From: Rhizodiscina lignyota | Lineage: Eukaryota | Length of the DNA: 64,000 nucleotides | Assembly (NCBI GenBank): GCA_010015805.1 | Contig: ML978147.1 | Location: 1-64,000, forward strand | Direction: 5' to 3' | In this document: positions 10,217-23,979 of the stretch, in pieces | Numbering within the stretch: the stretch's first letter is position 1 | How the letters are laid out: every line of letters starts with the position of its first letter | Made by a program: the position numbers and the translations under genes | Notes under the pieces: generated by a model | Database searches by the model: none | Told to the model about the DNA's origin: nothing | What the model saw: only the letters and a program-made list of their open reading frames with translations

Positions 10217-12439
10217 GAGAATGCTCACTATTTTCAACGATTTGATGTGAGATTCGTTCGACAGAACGGGGCTCAGATTATCGAGCTTTATCGGCGTAGA
10301 CGCCGCCAGAGAGCTGGCCGCGCGTGTCTGCGTTGCCATGAGAAAAAGGTGTTTATCGGTCATTGATGTATCACGCAACTCGTATTTGTACATGGGCTGA
10401 CACAGAATTAGATCAAGTGTGATCTTCTAGAACGGACAAAATACGCACCTGCGAGATGTCAGAATTGTATCACTGCAAGTGCTTTCTGCCAGTGCGTTAA
10501 TACCGATATGTTTCTATTGTAGTCTCTGATAGCCATAGGTTTCGAACGTCCCATCGTGGAAAGCGAAAACGTCTCCCACCGCCTCCTCTTCTCGGAGCAG
10601 AGCTTCCTACACGACTGAGCATTGGAAACTTGATCGACCAGTCAGAGAATCTGCAGAAGTCATACAACCATCGCGGTGAACATCCACGCGGCAAAGCTAA
10701 CAGCAGTACCGTCTTGATGCCATATTCGATCTCAAATGAGTCTGTCGACTATACGCCACGTCAGCTTGACACAATACCTGGGCAAGACTCGCTGGCACAG
10801 CCGTCCTCAAGCATACTAGACCATATAGAAGATGCAAGTCAGTCCCCTCTTGTGGATAACACCAGTACAGAGTCTTTGCTTTCACATGATATTAGCCATC
10901 CGCCTCACAATCTCCGAAGCTACCTGGGCGATACCGGATGTATGCAGATATTCAGCGCCGACAATGCCCACAGCACATCTGCAGCTACTTTACTGATGGA
11001 ACGACATCATGATATGGACAGCATTTCATATGGACTCATGCAGAGCTATCTCGAAACTTATTTCAACTACATCTACCTATGGTGCCCAATCCTGGACAGC
11101 CAGACAGTCCAGGCAGCTTCAGGGGCACTTTCTTCGCCAATGCTGAGACACGAACTTGCTCTTTGTGGGGCACATCTCAGACCTCCTTTGCTGCCTCATA
11201 CTTCTTGTATCGACCATTATAGGCGTGCTAAAGGCCTTTTCTACGCGAATCATCCGGATAATCCAATCTCGCAATTGTGCTCGATCATGTTGTTCCACTG
11301 GTATCGTTTGGACCAACCAAATCTAATCAGCGCAGATAGCAACTGGTGGTGGATTGGTACATCGATTCGTCTGGCCCAACAGATTGGCTTGCATCAGAAA
11401 ATGGGTAGGGGTCAAAGCGTACGTCCCGGATAGACTCCGAGTCTAAGACGCAGAATATGGTGGACACTATTTGTGAGTATAGCAAGACATTCACCGGGGC
11501 TGAGTCTGATATCTTATAAAGGCCAGGGATCGCATTGCAGCCTTAGCGCAAGGTATGCCACTTATTATTGATGCAGACTCCTGCGAACTGGAGATGGTTA
11601 CGCTAGACGATTTTCCTGATCCGACCGATCTTGGAGCGACGATTTTCATGCATTGGGTGCAATTATGGGATATTGCTGGCCAAATAACGAAAGAACTGTC
11701 TCGAAGAAGAGGCCTCCAAAGCAATGCACCCCTTGCCCGAAAATTGATTGGCTGGGTGCGATCCCTACCCAGATCTTTGCAACTACCGATTGGCGACCTT
11801 TCAGCAGCTGGCTTCAACCGAGATGTGTATTATCTCCATCTCGGCTACCTTGTCGTCGTGATCCTGATTCACTTAACAACGGGTCCAAAATCGATTAGAA
11901 ACACATCCATGCCCGCGATTGCAGCAGCCTCCTGCATCGCAGGTATCTACAAAGTATATCTCAGGCGTGGCATTGTCTGTGGGTTAGGTCCGGAAGCTTC
12001 CTGGTATGCTAGTGTGGCCATTCTAGCCCTTCTACACGCCCGTCGGGTGCAAGGCCTTGCCTCGAGCCTTAATGACGATATCGCCACGTTACAGCTTGCT
12101 TTGAAAGAGCTTTCTGCGTGGTTAAACACTAACAGAATGTTTAAAATCGGCATAGATAGGCTGCTGAAAGCGAAATCCGCAACACCGAACAAACATTCCA
12201 GTGACCACGATGACATTACAGGCTTCTACTTACCCGAAGATCCTAGCCACGGCATCACCAGCGAGAGTTCACAGTGGATGGATTATTTCCCGTCTGTCAC
12301 AGGTCAGACAAGTGCACTCCTCGCTTCTCTAATGGTCAAAGATTGCGTGTGGATGCCTTTTCCTGAGATGGATTGGCCATACGACGTCGCGCTGCACCTT
12401 CAAGAGCTGTTTGAAGACTTAGATGCTCATGTTCTATAG
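10217..12439 (+). pseudogene. Zn(II)2Cys6 transcription factor with fungal-specific TF domain, disrupted
   Basis: Spliced zinc cluster RACLRCHEKK/IKCD...RCQNCITASAFC and middle homology region IRLAQQIGLH...RRRIWWTLF. In-frame TAG at 11431-11433; no in-frame ATG found upstream of the zinc cluster. Confidence 0.8.
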
Positions 12440-13295
12440 CACACGTGCTGTTAGAATCAGGTCTACATTCTTGAGCAGCTTGCTTCTGTTGATATTGACG
12501 GCGCCTCCACACCCACATTTCTTGCGCTGACGCTTGATTTCGTCAAACGAATTTCTCGTTAATGCAATTGCCGAAAGTACCGCAGCTTGACGCATATGTA
12601 TGGGATGATGTTAGTCGAACAATTAAAAACAACAACAATTCGGCCGGAAGGGACTTCGTTTCGGAAAGCAACGTGTGAGGGGTTGACATATCAAGCAACC
12701 ATCTTCCATGGCATACTAGAAAGGATTTCTTTTAGTGGAGATCCTTTAGAAATTTGCTCATCTCGTATAGTCGTACACCCCGAGCTTCATATTTGGACAC
12801 CTTGGGCTCATCTTGCCTGATGGTCTAGAAGGGACTAAGCCATCTTTGCAGAGCCTGGCAGCCTAGTCTAACCCCAAAGGTGAGCGTGATAGAATAGAAT
12901 AGCTACCACAAAAGCTACAGTGCAGGTAATCGACCACATACACCGAATATAGTGCTCGTTTGATCTAGTAAGGCAGTCGTCGGCATACGTAGATCCGGAG
13001 CTGAATTGACAAAGCCGATTCGGTGGTTGGCGGCCAAAAAGGGGAGGGGGAACGCCAGAGTAGCCGGAGAAGTGAACCAATAGCAGCTAACTTTAGGCCG
13101 AGCTCAGTGCGGAGGTGCTTAGTTTTATATGAGCCGGAACTGAATCAGTTATTGGCCGCTCCGGAATAACAGTGCTTCGTGGGAGCGTAAATAATCACGA
13201 CTTACAAAGTCCCTCATAATATCTCTTTGCACATTATCGTCTTTTCTATCATTTGACCCGTAAAACTTCCAATTTCTTGAAGGCCAGTCCTAATC

Positions 13296-14188
13296 ATGAG
13301 TGTCGAAGGAAAGGTTTTTGCCGTTACTGGTGGAGGGTCGGGTAAGTCTCAGGCCTCCGACCCGGCCGTACATTAATGGTATCGTTTTCTGAGACCCCAT
13401 CAGGTATGGGTGCTGCTATTTGTCGCCTCCTGGCTGAGCGAGGTGCGCGAGCCGTTTGTGCCTGCGACATCTCCTCAAAAGGGTTCGAAGATCTGAAAGC
13501 ATCCATTGCGAAAATCAGTCCGTCTGCAAAGGTTCACACTACAGTCTTGGATGTGACAAAGTCGAATGACGTCGACACCTGGATTACAGACATTGTCAAG
13601 ACCTTTGGTGATTTACATGGCGCAGCCAACGTTGCAGGCCTGCCGCAAGCACTCGGAATGAGAACACCCCCAAACGTCATCGAAGAAACCAACGAGATGT
13701 GGTCTCGGATTATGGGAGTCAACTTGACGGCGTTTTTTACTGCAATCGAGCAGAGATTCGCGCAATGAAGGACCTTCCGAAAGTGGATCGTGCCATCGTA
13801 AATATCAGCAGTATGGCATCGCTGAAGCACGATCCCGACATCTACGCCTACTGAACCTCCAAGGCCGCATGCGCTCATTTCTCCCAAAGTGTGGCGAAAG
13901 ATACACAGAAGTTCGGCATCCGTGTTAACTGCGTCTCGCCAGGCGAGTCTCCCATCTTCTTGGTACGCAAAGTCTTACCGGCTAACTCTTAGATTTCCAG
14001 CATCCACTCAAACGCCCATGATGAAGGAGTTCATTGGTGGAAATGAAGCGCAGCTAGAGGATTGGAAGCAGAGAGGATGGGAAATGATGGAGCCTGAAGA
14101 TATCGCACGTGTGGTCGTCTGGTTACTGAGCGAAGACTCTAGATCAGTGTTTGGTGCCAACATCAACGTCGGCGCTGGTCTACCGTGA
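13296..14188 (+). pseudogene. Short-chain dehydrogenase/reductase, disrupted
   Basis: MSVEGKVFAVTGGGSGMG Rossmann motif. A 1-nt frameshift near 13725 (VNL[D]GVFYC) and a TGA at 13852-13854 inside the catalytic YxxxK motif (Y*TSK). Confidence 0.85.
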
Positions 14189-14617
14189 TCTCGGAATGCT
14201 CAGATCTTCAGCTCATTGTCGTACACTGCAGAGCTCAAACTTTCGACTCGGAAATGAGAGAGACATGTGGTTTCTGCCATATCTTTACGATTTCCAAGTG
14301 CAATAAAGTTGTAACAAAAGCTGTCAAAAGGATCCCTTGGGTGAAGTATACAACTGTAATCTTGCGGTCAACGAATGGCCAAACTCTCACGTTGTCATTA
14401 GTAGAGTCTCAACAATTGTGTGCAATGTTTCAATTCCCGTAGAGACGAGAAACCTTTCGGGCCGATGAAATTTCCTAGTACCCAGAGAATTGAGAGAAAC
14501 TGACTTAAATTTGTGGAAACACAATACCTCAGTAGACTAGAATTAAAAAGACGCTAAGACCGCAGCCTGCTTGGTATTGCCAAACTACACGCGAAGAGCA
14601 TTGTGAAGCGTTGGTGC

Positions 14618-16258
14618 CTATTTGGCGCTGAGCTTCAGACCTTGATACTGATCTTGGGCCTCCTGGTCACAACGTGCGCGGTATGAAGGACAACTGCCGC
14701 TGTAGCGAGCAACGATCCTCTTTTGTCTGCCCTCCACGTTGCTGTTCACTCCAGTCATCCAGGAGTCCACATCATTCGAGAGTAAGCCTTTCGCTGCCTC
14801 GTGTACGGTGTCTGTCCATTCCTCGACACTCTCACCTTTAGGCTCGATATAGTTGATGCCATTCTTGGTGGAATAATCAAGGAGCTCGGATATCCACTCA
14901 ACACCATATTGAATGCTGATTGGAATGTTGCGCAACGCTGCGTGTGGACCCATGACCATCATCATATTAGGAAATGCTTCCACCATCAGACCGAGGTACG
15001 TCCGTGGTCCGTTATTCTAAGCCTCTTTCAATCGCAGTCCTCCCAAGCCCCTAATATCGATCCGATCAAACGCTCCCATGACGGGGTCGAACCCGGTCGC
15101 GTAGATAATTACGTCGAATTCGTATTCCTTATTGTGGGCGGTCATGATTCCATCAACGGTTATCCGATCGATTGGGGTCTCTGTCAGGTCTACCAACTCC
15201 ACGTTGTCTTGGTTGTAGACCTCGTAGTACTTGGTCTCAAGCGGTACTCGGCGAGTACCAAACCCATGATCTCGAGAGATCAGTTTCTCAGCAACCGCCT
15301 GGTTCTTGACCCTTTCGCGAATCTTCTTCGCGATGAATTCGCTGAGGAGACTATTCGCTGTTCGATCGACCAGTACGTCCTTGTAGTTGCCCATCCAAAT
15401 TCCGAAACCCGGTGAGTCGTAGAGGGTCTGCCAGAACTTTTCTCGTTCTTCTGGCGGTGTTTCAAGGGCGGCTTTGGGGCTCGCTCGATGGATGGAACCG
15501 CCAAAAGATCCACGACAGTGTTCAAATAGCTCCGGATAACCCTTCTTAATCTTCTCCATCTCTTCGGGAGAGACTTTGCTATTGTGGAGCGGCTCGCACC
15601 AGTTGGGCCTTCGCTGGAAAACCGATAGATGGGCTGCCGTCTTTGAGACTTCTTGAATCGTCTGAACGCCGGTTGCACCGGTACCGATGACTGCTACCCG
15701 TTTGCCGGCGAAATCAATACCAGACTTTGGCCAGCGAGCAGTATGGCATGACTGTCCCTTGAACTCATCCAGCCCAGGGTATCTAGGGAGCGTAAAGGCA
15801 GACAGCGGACCAAGACAGGTTACGAAGAATCGAGAGCGGAAGCTTTGTTTGTCGTCGCTGGCCAGAACCCAGGTATTGCTGCTCTCATCGAAGTGTGCCG
15901 ATGCTACACGCGTGGAGAACTGAATGTAATGACGAACGTCGAATTTATCTACCATGTAGTTGATGTATTTCTCTGTTTCCGGCTGGGGAGCGAAATGTTC
16001 TGACCAGTTCCATTCTTGTTGGAGTTCCGGTGAGAAGCTGAAGCCGTAGGTATAGCTTTCAGAGTCAAAGCGGCATCCTGGATAGCGATTCCAGTACCAC
16101 GTACCGCCTACATTCGTTCCAGCCTCCAGGCACTTGACCCGCAACTCCAACTGGAGGATTTTGATGAGAGCAAGACAGCCCGAAAGCCCTGCCCCAACAA
16201 TGATCACGTCGTATTCTGGGGACGATGTCTCGTTGACTTGAACGCTGTTCTGCGTCAT
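14618..16258 (-). pseudogene. Type I Baeyer-Villiger monooxygenase (cyclohexanone/phenylacetone monooxygenase-like), one premature stop
   Basis: GAGLSG, GGTWYWNRYPG, BVMO fingerprint FKGQSCHTARWP, GTGATG, ATGF. TAG at 15017-15019 replaces the usual Trp of W..GPRTYLG; the downstream ORF continues in frame. Confidence 0.9.
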
Positions 16259-17441
16259 CGCAGGCGTACTTGAGCGATTCTTCTTGGCTGAGAGCGGATA
16301 TACTTTGTCTTTCTGCGCTTTCAAGGGAGTCACTATTTGATTCTGCGTAAGTCTGATTGTGGGATAACTGGGTAAATTTCAGACAGGTCATTTATATTGC
16401 CGAGGGTCTCCATCCTCGGTTGCCTGTACGGAGGCCATTTCACCTCCACGACTAGTATGGCCAACCCGACGGAAAGGTCGGTATTCGGGTTGATTCTCCG
16501 CCTACAGTGACATGTATGCTCAGTGCTGGAAGCCAAACGAGGTTTCTCGGCAATTAAAAGGCAGAGCAGAAGCCGAGAGCTTCGATATTGCGGGTGACCG
16601 AATATGCATCTTCCGGCTATATGCAAGCTTAACGAACACTACCCCATGAAAGCCAAGTCCGGGGCAAATCAGTTGTTCCACAGACCTCCGGGGTTCAGCC
16701 CCATGCTGCCGCATGTGCAGAATAGGTCAGTCAAATTTACAGAGCCTCTGTAATCCACGGAGATGCCAGAGGGACATTGAAGGGAATAGATATTGAAGGG
16801 AATAGTGATGGGACTGCATGCAAACTCTCATAACCCGAATTGGATCTGTGCAACTCACAGGATGTCATCGCGGTACTTAAACAATCTCTGGAATGCAGAG
16901 CTCGGGGGTTCTAGCCGTTTTGAGACAGACCAAACTCCGATGGTCCATCATCGACCTCCGTTCACCTTTCAATGCAGCACCAAAAGGAAACAGAATCATT
17001 GTCGGAAGTCGGAAGATTCAACGCCAGAGGTGAGGGATGCAAAGGCGGGAGCTGGTGTCGGCCTTTAGGAGATGACCTTTGGTGCGGAAGATGAAGGTGA
17101 TCAGGCAGACGCTAAAACCAGAAGAGATGCAGCAAAAGCATCAAGTGGCTCTAGTGGTGTCATGGCGAGCGCAGGGATGGAGCAGCTGTAGCAATCGCCA
17201 AGTAAACATCTCCCAAATATGATGTTGTTGATAATTATATCACTTTAAGCCAATGTCCATCTCTTCCACAGCGGTCGGATAACGCACTTCTCATTGGCTA
17301 AAACCTTTGCCATTATCGTGATAAATTACGAGTCGAAATTGAATGGCAGGAACAGCATAGAGCAACCTCCTGTTGGAAGGATGCGGAATCGATACCTTGG
17401 AAATCCCAATTGTACTCTGAAACGATGAACAGTAACATCCA

Positions 17442-18749
17442 TCAAGGGCCGCTGGCAATAACCCATTCCTCTCTGTTATGATCAAATCTCAGCGAGGTGC
17501 GCTCATTGTACTTGTCGAATCCCACGACTGTCACGTCTGCCTTCGGAAACAGATCGTCGATATTTCTCTTCCTAAAAGCCTTCCAACCCTTCTTTCGCAA
17601 GAACGCCAGGTCTTTGCCTTTCGTATGTGCAGTGACTGGCGAATCTCTAAAACCCCTTGCATCATTGCCTCGTCTCGCAATGATCAAAGCTGCCCTGTCA
17701 AGTCCAAATTGCATGCCAACAAACTGCCGCTTATTCTCCACGTCGTACCATGGCTGCACACGTTCGTTCGTCATGTTCGGAGATGTAAGCTCATATGGTT
17801 CCCAGAGACTTGGATTCTCGGAATTGAAGCAGGAAGAGGAATAAGCTGGCGGGACCCCTGGTACCGAGAGCGAAGCATATTCGTTGCGCTTTGCGAGATA
17901 CAACTCAAGCCTGGCTCCAGATTCAGCACCATCACGGTCGAGAAGCAATTCCTTACATCCAGAAGGATGCAGCAGAGGCAGAGAAATATGAGGCCAGGTC
18001 CAAGTGACTCCCTTAACATCTGTCGTACTCAAAGAACAGCTCAGCCTTTGGCTTGAACTGATCATTCGCAGCTCTTTCCAACCACCACTCCACGAGATTA
18101 ATTGCGCCATATTCGTAAGCGAATGAAGACCGCCGAGGCCAAAGTCATTGCCGTCGGGTGCGAGGACTGTGAGGGTGTCGAGGCGAAGATCTGGCAGCAA
18201 TTCCAACACATGGAACAGCGGCAGGTTATCCTCTTCTGATGGTGGTGAACAAGAACCATAATACAATGTCAATTCACTGCTGACTTGATCAGGCCTCTCT
18301 TCCAGTATTTTCTTCCGACGGCGCTCGATAGATCGCTTTGTTGCTGGCGAAACACTAGAGTTCACTGCAACGCAAACATGACGGATCTGTACGATTAGGA
18401 TGCTCCGCGGTGCAGAGGCAAGGAGCCCAAGCATACTCAAGGTACTGTCGAAATTGAACAGCGTATGCTTAAGCCAGAGACGTCTAGCTACGTTTCGAAG
18501 TTGTCGACAAGTATGCAGAAGAGCAAACGAATCTGCCCTCGGTTTGGTGACATCTCTCACCCAGACGACTTCTCCTCTTTCAATCCAGGCACCCTCATCT
18601 CTACGAAATCGTTCCCCAAAGGTAACTCGAGTTGACGAAAAGACGTCGATGAATACAAACTCCTGGAGTTCGACTGGTAGCTTGAGTAATCCTGAAACCC
18701 CTCGAGCCGACGCGGTTTGTTTGGGTGTCGTCTGTCGTGCCAAAGCCAT
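17442..18749 (-). CDS. Hypothetical protein with F-box-like N-terminus
   Basis: Uninterrupted ~435-aa ORF; LLKLPVELQEFVF and LLHTCRQLR are typical of fungal F-box-like hypotheticals. Confidence 0.7.
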   Translation of the reverse strand: MALARQTTPKQTASARGVSGLLKLPVELQEFVFIDVFSSTRVTFGERFRRDEGAWIERGEVVWVRDVTKPRADSFALLHTCRQLRNVARRLWLKHTLFNFDSTLSMLGLLASAPRSILIVQIRHVCVAVNSSVSPATKRSIERRRKKILEERPDQVSSELTLYYGSCSPPSEEDNLPLFHVLELLPDLRLDTLTVLAPDGNDFGLGGLHSLTNMAQLISWSGGWKELRMISSSQRLSCSLSTTDVKGVTWTWPHISLPLLHPSGCKELLLDRDGAESGARLELYLAKRNEYASLSVPGVPPAYSSSCFNSENPSLWEPYELTSPNMTNERVQPWYDVENKRQFVGMQFGLDRAALIIARRGNDARGFRDSPVTAHTKGKDLAFLRKKGWKAFRKRNIDDLFPKADVTVVGFDKYNERTSLRFDHNREEWVIASGP

Positions 18750-21675
18750 GATAGTGGTTTCCAATTGCGAAATACGAAATTTGACTTATTCGAAGAGTTC
18801 CGAGACCTCTACGAGTCTCAATTGCGTGGTTGAATAAGAGAAAAGTGGATTTGCGGATGGAAGGCCAACTCTCTCATCCCTCGAAAGACAAGAATGAGGG
18901 TAAGACAGGGCAGGCGCAGCTGAGATTTGAAGAGAAGGATGCGATTGAGAAATACATCTCTATATAGAGGAGCATGATCAGTCAGCAGCTGAATGTATTT
19001 CATTGTCTTCTTCAAGAGCATGCTTAGATGAGTCAGCTGCTACTTAAAGCCACAAAGCGATGCCGTATCATGATACTGATACGGAGTAGATGACCGACAA
19101 ATACCTTGCATATGAAGGGAAAGGTAACCCCAGGATATGCCAGGTTGAAGCCGACATCCGGTGAAATATTAAGCAGCTGGGAGGTGATGGCAGTCGGTGA
19201 GGCGGAGGCGGAGGTTTAATGTCATTTCTGGAATAGCGCTCTCCGCAGCAACATCCTTTTCCGTCGTCCTTCAGGAGAGTTCGACACGGATCGAAATATG
19301 ATGGCGCTTCGATGGCGCTGCACCTCACAAGGCAGATATCGTAGCAATGCCTTCGGATCGTTTGGCCGAATGCCAGCTCGAGCACAATCGTCAACTGCCT
19401 CATTTAATAGCATCTTGTAAAGGAGTACAGGACGATCTCCTCCTCTCGACAAGTCCTCCCATTCATCAAGCTGCCGAGCAGTTACTACGATCAAACGAGA
19501 CCACAGGATCCCACAATCCAGCCTTTCCGCGACAGTATGCCCGACAAATATTTCCACTCCCACGCTGAAGCCTTTCCGTAATCCCTTTCGCTTTTCCACA
19601 ACCTCCGTCCAATCGAATCGAATCTCGCCATCGTTCGGACTTCCAACCGCAATTCCGAGTCTTCCCATGCGGGCTACAATGAAGGATGACACACCAGGGA
19701 TTAGAGCATACAGCTTGGAGAGAAGTGCTCGGTGGCACGCTGACTGGAATTCTCAGCCCAGCCAATGTTGTCTGGAAAGGCTCCAGCACGGCAGAGAGTC
19801 AACGATCCGAAGATTCGCAATTCACGTATGTTATATATTGATGAAAGACGAGAAGCGACCCAACAGAGTAAGTTGTGCAAGGATCACGGCCGATATCGTA
19901 GACAATGTATTGACAACCATGGCGTATGAGTGCAACGCACGTCTGATTCGTAAAGGTTTACTCGCGATGGAAAGGTACAAGGAACTTCTACCATCACAGC
20001 AGGACCGGTTCTGGAGCCAACTGGTGACAGATGAGAGATTCCGTCAGAACACCCATCTTCATCCGAAACAAACATTTTGGGATTAACTGTACAGCGACAA
20101 GTCTTCCTCCCAGTCAGATTCCATATCCCAAAAAGAACGTGAGGAGTGTAGGTATGCTCTGGACAGCCATCATTCCGATAGATGTGTGCTTGGCGATCGG
20201 CGCTCCGCGCGGGTTACAAGACAGGATTGTCGACGAAACAGCGGTGCTCAAAACTCGCAGCCTCCAAGAGAAAACAACCGACTACAATACATGAATCCAA
20301 CTTCACCGATCAGTCAGCAAGGCAACGTGCTAATGAGTGCTTCTTCGAGAATCCGAGAAGAATCATCGCCCACTTTACCAACTATCCGTCCCACCGAAAG
20401 AGTCCCAGTTCGTGCCTACGCTCACGGCGGCCCCAGGACAACCTCCGCACCCACAACTCCTTATCCTACAGGGTATGGTTAAATGCGGACGAGGTCTGAT
20501 TGCATATGAAGAGAGAGTTGGGGACCGAGTTGAAGGGGAACTTGACGCGAGTATCTGAGAGGAGGAAGTCCGTGTTGCGGCGCTAGAGCAGAGATTCGGG
20601 GACGTATGGACAGAGCGGTATAACAACGAGCGGAGAGCCAGGAGGACAAACTGTCGTAAATATACATGAGATATTTGAGAGGATAATTGCAGCAAAGGAT
20701 TTGGTGGCGTACCATGTGAGCGTGTCTTTGGAGCTCGTGCCGATGCAGTTTCAGCTGATCGAGCGCGGGCAGAATGAGAGGTAAAGCCATAAAGTCACAG
20801 CCATTATTGACACTCCGCCAACGCTTGAACACGTAGTCATGTTGCATTGTGCTTCCCAGAATTTTCATGAAAATGACTTCGGAATTACGTTTAAATTCCG
20901 TTTCCAGTCTCCAACCTCGATGTTCTCTGAGTAAAGGCCAACCTCAAACGCTTCGCATAGCACACTACATCCAATGCAAAACTTACAGCATCACCAGCAT
21001 ATTTGACCCACTGGTTGCATTAATGGGTATTTCGAACCCAGTTGATATTCTCTGATATGGAAACAGCTCAGCGAAAAGAATCTAAATCGCTGTTGGCGTA
21101 GGTTTTCAATTCGCCTAGTCTGAAGCACTCTGAAACCCAACTGTTAGATCCTACGCTAGCTGCATAGACCACCAAAAAGGTAACAATGTCTGAATATCTA
21201 ATATTCAGACGTTAGAAGGCGTATATATACGACCCTAACACCAACCGTCGACAAATTATTCCAGACCTGGAACTGAGACTCGGCCATGAACGCTGTATTG
21301 CTTATTCTGTGATATCTTGAAATTAGACTACGAGCACTGCAAAATAAATCGCTTGACTTTGACTGTTGAGATGCTTCAGAGTTCAGACTCATCCAGCAGA
21401 AACATTCGGACCAGTCAGACCAATATGTCCTGCCATTTTGCTCGCTGCGTCCCAATCAGTATTCTCCTATGTATCCCTTGCCACTCATTGAGCAAAGTAA
21501 CGCCCCTGTCTTTGAGAGCTTAGATTCCGCTATCAACGCCGCTAAAACATCGCGAGCTCCGAATTCTGGAATCAGTTGAAATCAACCACTAGATTTGCAA
21601 ACGTACCATTTGCGCTCCGAAGTTCCATTGCAAAGTCGAGAATTTCGAGACTGTCGTCTGCGGATCGCCTGATGC

Positions 21676-22275
21676 TCAACGCTCCGACTGAGAATGGAGT
21701 GTGTCTCCCACTGTCCGCTCAATCTCTTCAACACACTGCTGGCTCACACCTGGGTACCGCTTATGCTGAAGTACTTTGATACTCTTATGGACTTTTAATG
21801 CTTTAAACTTCTGCAGAGCGTCATCAAAAGTCCCCAAACCCGTTTTGTGCTGAGCCGAGACGTTGATCGTGAGATTCTCGAGTCGAGTGATGTGTGAAAT
21901 TGACCGAATAACAGCATCAGTGTCGAGTTTCAGTCCAAAACTATAACCTAACAGATCTGTATAGTAGACTTCAACGTTTCTCATATGCTGAATGAGCCGA
22001 GCAGCAGGTCGTCGAGGCAAGAATGCGGAAGCCGTCCGAATCGTGTAGACCAAAATTGGAGCCTCCAAAGGAACGTCGCGAGCTTCAAAATAAATGCGCT
22101 TGCATATCGAGAGGAATTTGAAAATTTCAGGCATCTTCTCTTTCCAAGCTCTTGAATTTGCATGAATTTCCATTGAGCAAGCGTGACGATAGATATCGTA
22201 GCGGAGCTCGAGAGGCAGCTTCGTAAAAAATGCGCTCATGTCCTGCGCCTTCAGGTTTGAAATAGTAACCGACAT
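21676..22275 (-). CDS. Hypothetical protein with F-box-like N-terminus
   Basis: 199-aa ORF with FFTKLPLELRYDIY and FLSICKRIYFEA. Confidence 0.6.
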   Translation of the reverse strand: MSVTISNLKAQDMSAFFTKLPLELRYDIYRHACSMEIHANSRAWKEKMPEIFKFLSICKRIYFEARDVPLEAPILVYTIRTASAFLPRRPAARLIQHMRNVEVYYTDLLGYSFGLKLDTDAVIRSISHITRLENLTINVSAQHKTGLGTFDDALQKFKALKVHKSIKVLQHKRYPGVSQQCVEEIERTVGDTLHSQSER

Positions 22276-22668
22276 CTTAGTTCTTCATCAAGCCTAGTTG
22301 AAATGGGAAGTGTGAAAATGTGAAGAGAGTTGTGCTAGGCTAAAGCTTTAGAGTATTTGAGATCAAGTGTTACGATAATAATAACTCGAGTCTCGGAGAC
22401 ATCTGCAGTCATCTGGACACATCCGCGCCGCTGGTGCCTTGAGGCAATGCTCATAACTTAATAAGCAAGTAGAAGCTCAGTAGCTGCATTACAATATTCC
22501 ACTACTCAAACATCTCATTTGCTAAATAGAAAAACTCTTCGTGGCTACCGCAAAGCTGTCTACGACATAGAGTATTCGCCACTACCGGTCGCGACTTAAG
22601 AAGCATTCAGAACACGGCATTTTCCAAACCGTCTAATCGCTATCCTCTCCAAGCGTCCAATGGTAGTA

Positions 22669-23160
22669 TCATTTTATCTTGTCAATCAGCATCGCAAAAT
22701 CAGCATCGCAAAAGCAGCATGCTGTCCTTGGGACGCTACCTTCTCCCCCTCGACGCCGAAACAGCCTGGCGATATATGCGGCAGTGTATCCATCTTGATT
22801 CTTCTCGCCGACTTCGAACCCTTTCATGTTGACGCTAATGAAAATTTTCACTGTATCGAGATCTGCATACATGGTACCAAATGAAGAACCAAGTCACCGT
22901 GCTTCATTGTTCGCCGATAGTCAGCGCCGTAATGAAGAAGAAGGGGAATATAACCTGGCATTGAGGAATATAGAACAGAGTAAAGAAGTATTCCCATCAT
23001 CTCCAGTTGTGTTTACACCCGCTCCATGCTCCAGAAGACTCTGGGTGTTCTCTTTGCAACCGCACATGACGGCAGGAAAGAGTGGAGTCTGACTTAACGG
23101 AGGTTTGCTTCGCGCATCAACATTTGCTTCAGTGAAGAAGGAGTAGAAGACACCTGTTTC
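22669..23160 (-). pseudogene. Ankyrin-repeat gene relic
   Basis: Fragments ANVDARS..QTPLFPAV..G....QSLLEHGAGVNTTGDDGNTSL and KNQDGYTAAYIA lie in separate broken ORFs. Confidence 0.65.
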
Positions 23161-23979
23161 CATCATGAGTACGTGCAACCTCATGAAGCGGAGTATGTAT
23201 GGCTTTCTCGACCAAATTTTTCGAAGCACTAAAATGACAAGGCGTCGGACGTTGATTCAAGGACCAATTTCGTAGTAACTGGCATTCTTGAGGTTCACTT
23301 GGAAATCGTGCCTTCCTCGAAAGAAATTATCCCAGCGCCTCCAATCCTGTTACAACACCATGCAATGCCAATGTTGGAACTGGCAATTCTTCTTCAAGTC
23401 TCATTATGAATTCCAATAGCGCCATCTCCGATACCGACGGCGTGCCAAAGTGTTCCGCAACTGATTAGTCCTGTTTCGATGAAACAGTGTCGCAGACGTT
23501 CGCATTGTTACTAGTAGCTTTTGCAAAGAAAGACTCTCAGCACGCTTTTTATTCTTCTTCATATCCAAATGGGTATTACGAGTCGAGACTGTCGTGCATT
23601 TCCCCAAATCAGCTTCAGTCCGGAAGTCGAGTCGTAGAGTCAGCAGCACGTTCTTTGGCTGGGATAAATGGAGTGCTTTTGCTGATCAGTGGTCTTGTAT
23701 TCTCGCAGTGTAAATTGCGTAAGCTCTCAGCACGTTGAGGGTGAGAAGTGATTCATTTTGATTACACAATATGAGCATCCAAACAAGCATTCTGGAACAT
23801 AAAAGCAATAACAGATCATCGTTAAGGAAACAAGGGTTGAATTCCCCATACCGTGAATAAGCCATGTGTAAGACAAAAGTCACTACGAGCATGATAAAGC
23901 AAGCATGGGAACATATGGCAAATACATTCACAGGCTTAGCGGGACTCTGATATTAGGGCCAGCTGCCTATTGGTTGGCT

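Noticed and set aside
12990..13170. CGG/CCG-rich SDR promoter as Zn2Cys6 binding sites
   Set aside because: Plausible, but no consistent spacing or repeated site could be established by eye.
19222..20868. Cluster of 100-150 aa ORFs on both strands
   Set aside because: No recognisable motifs or coherent gene model; probably degraded gene remnants.
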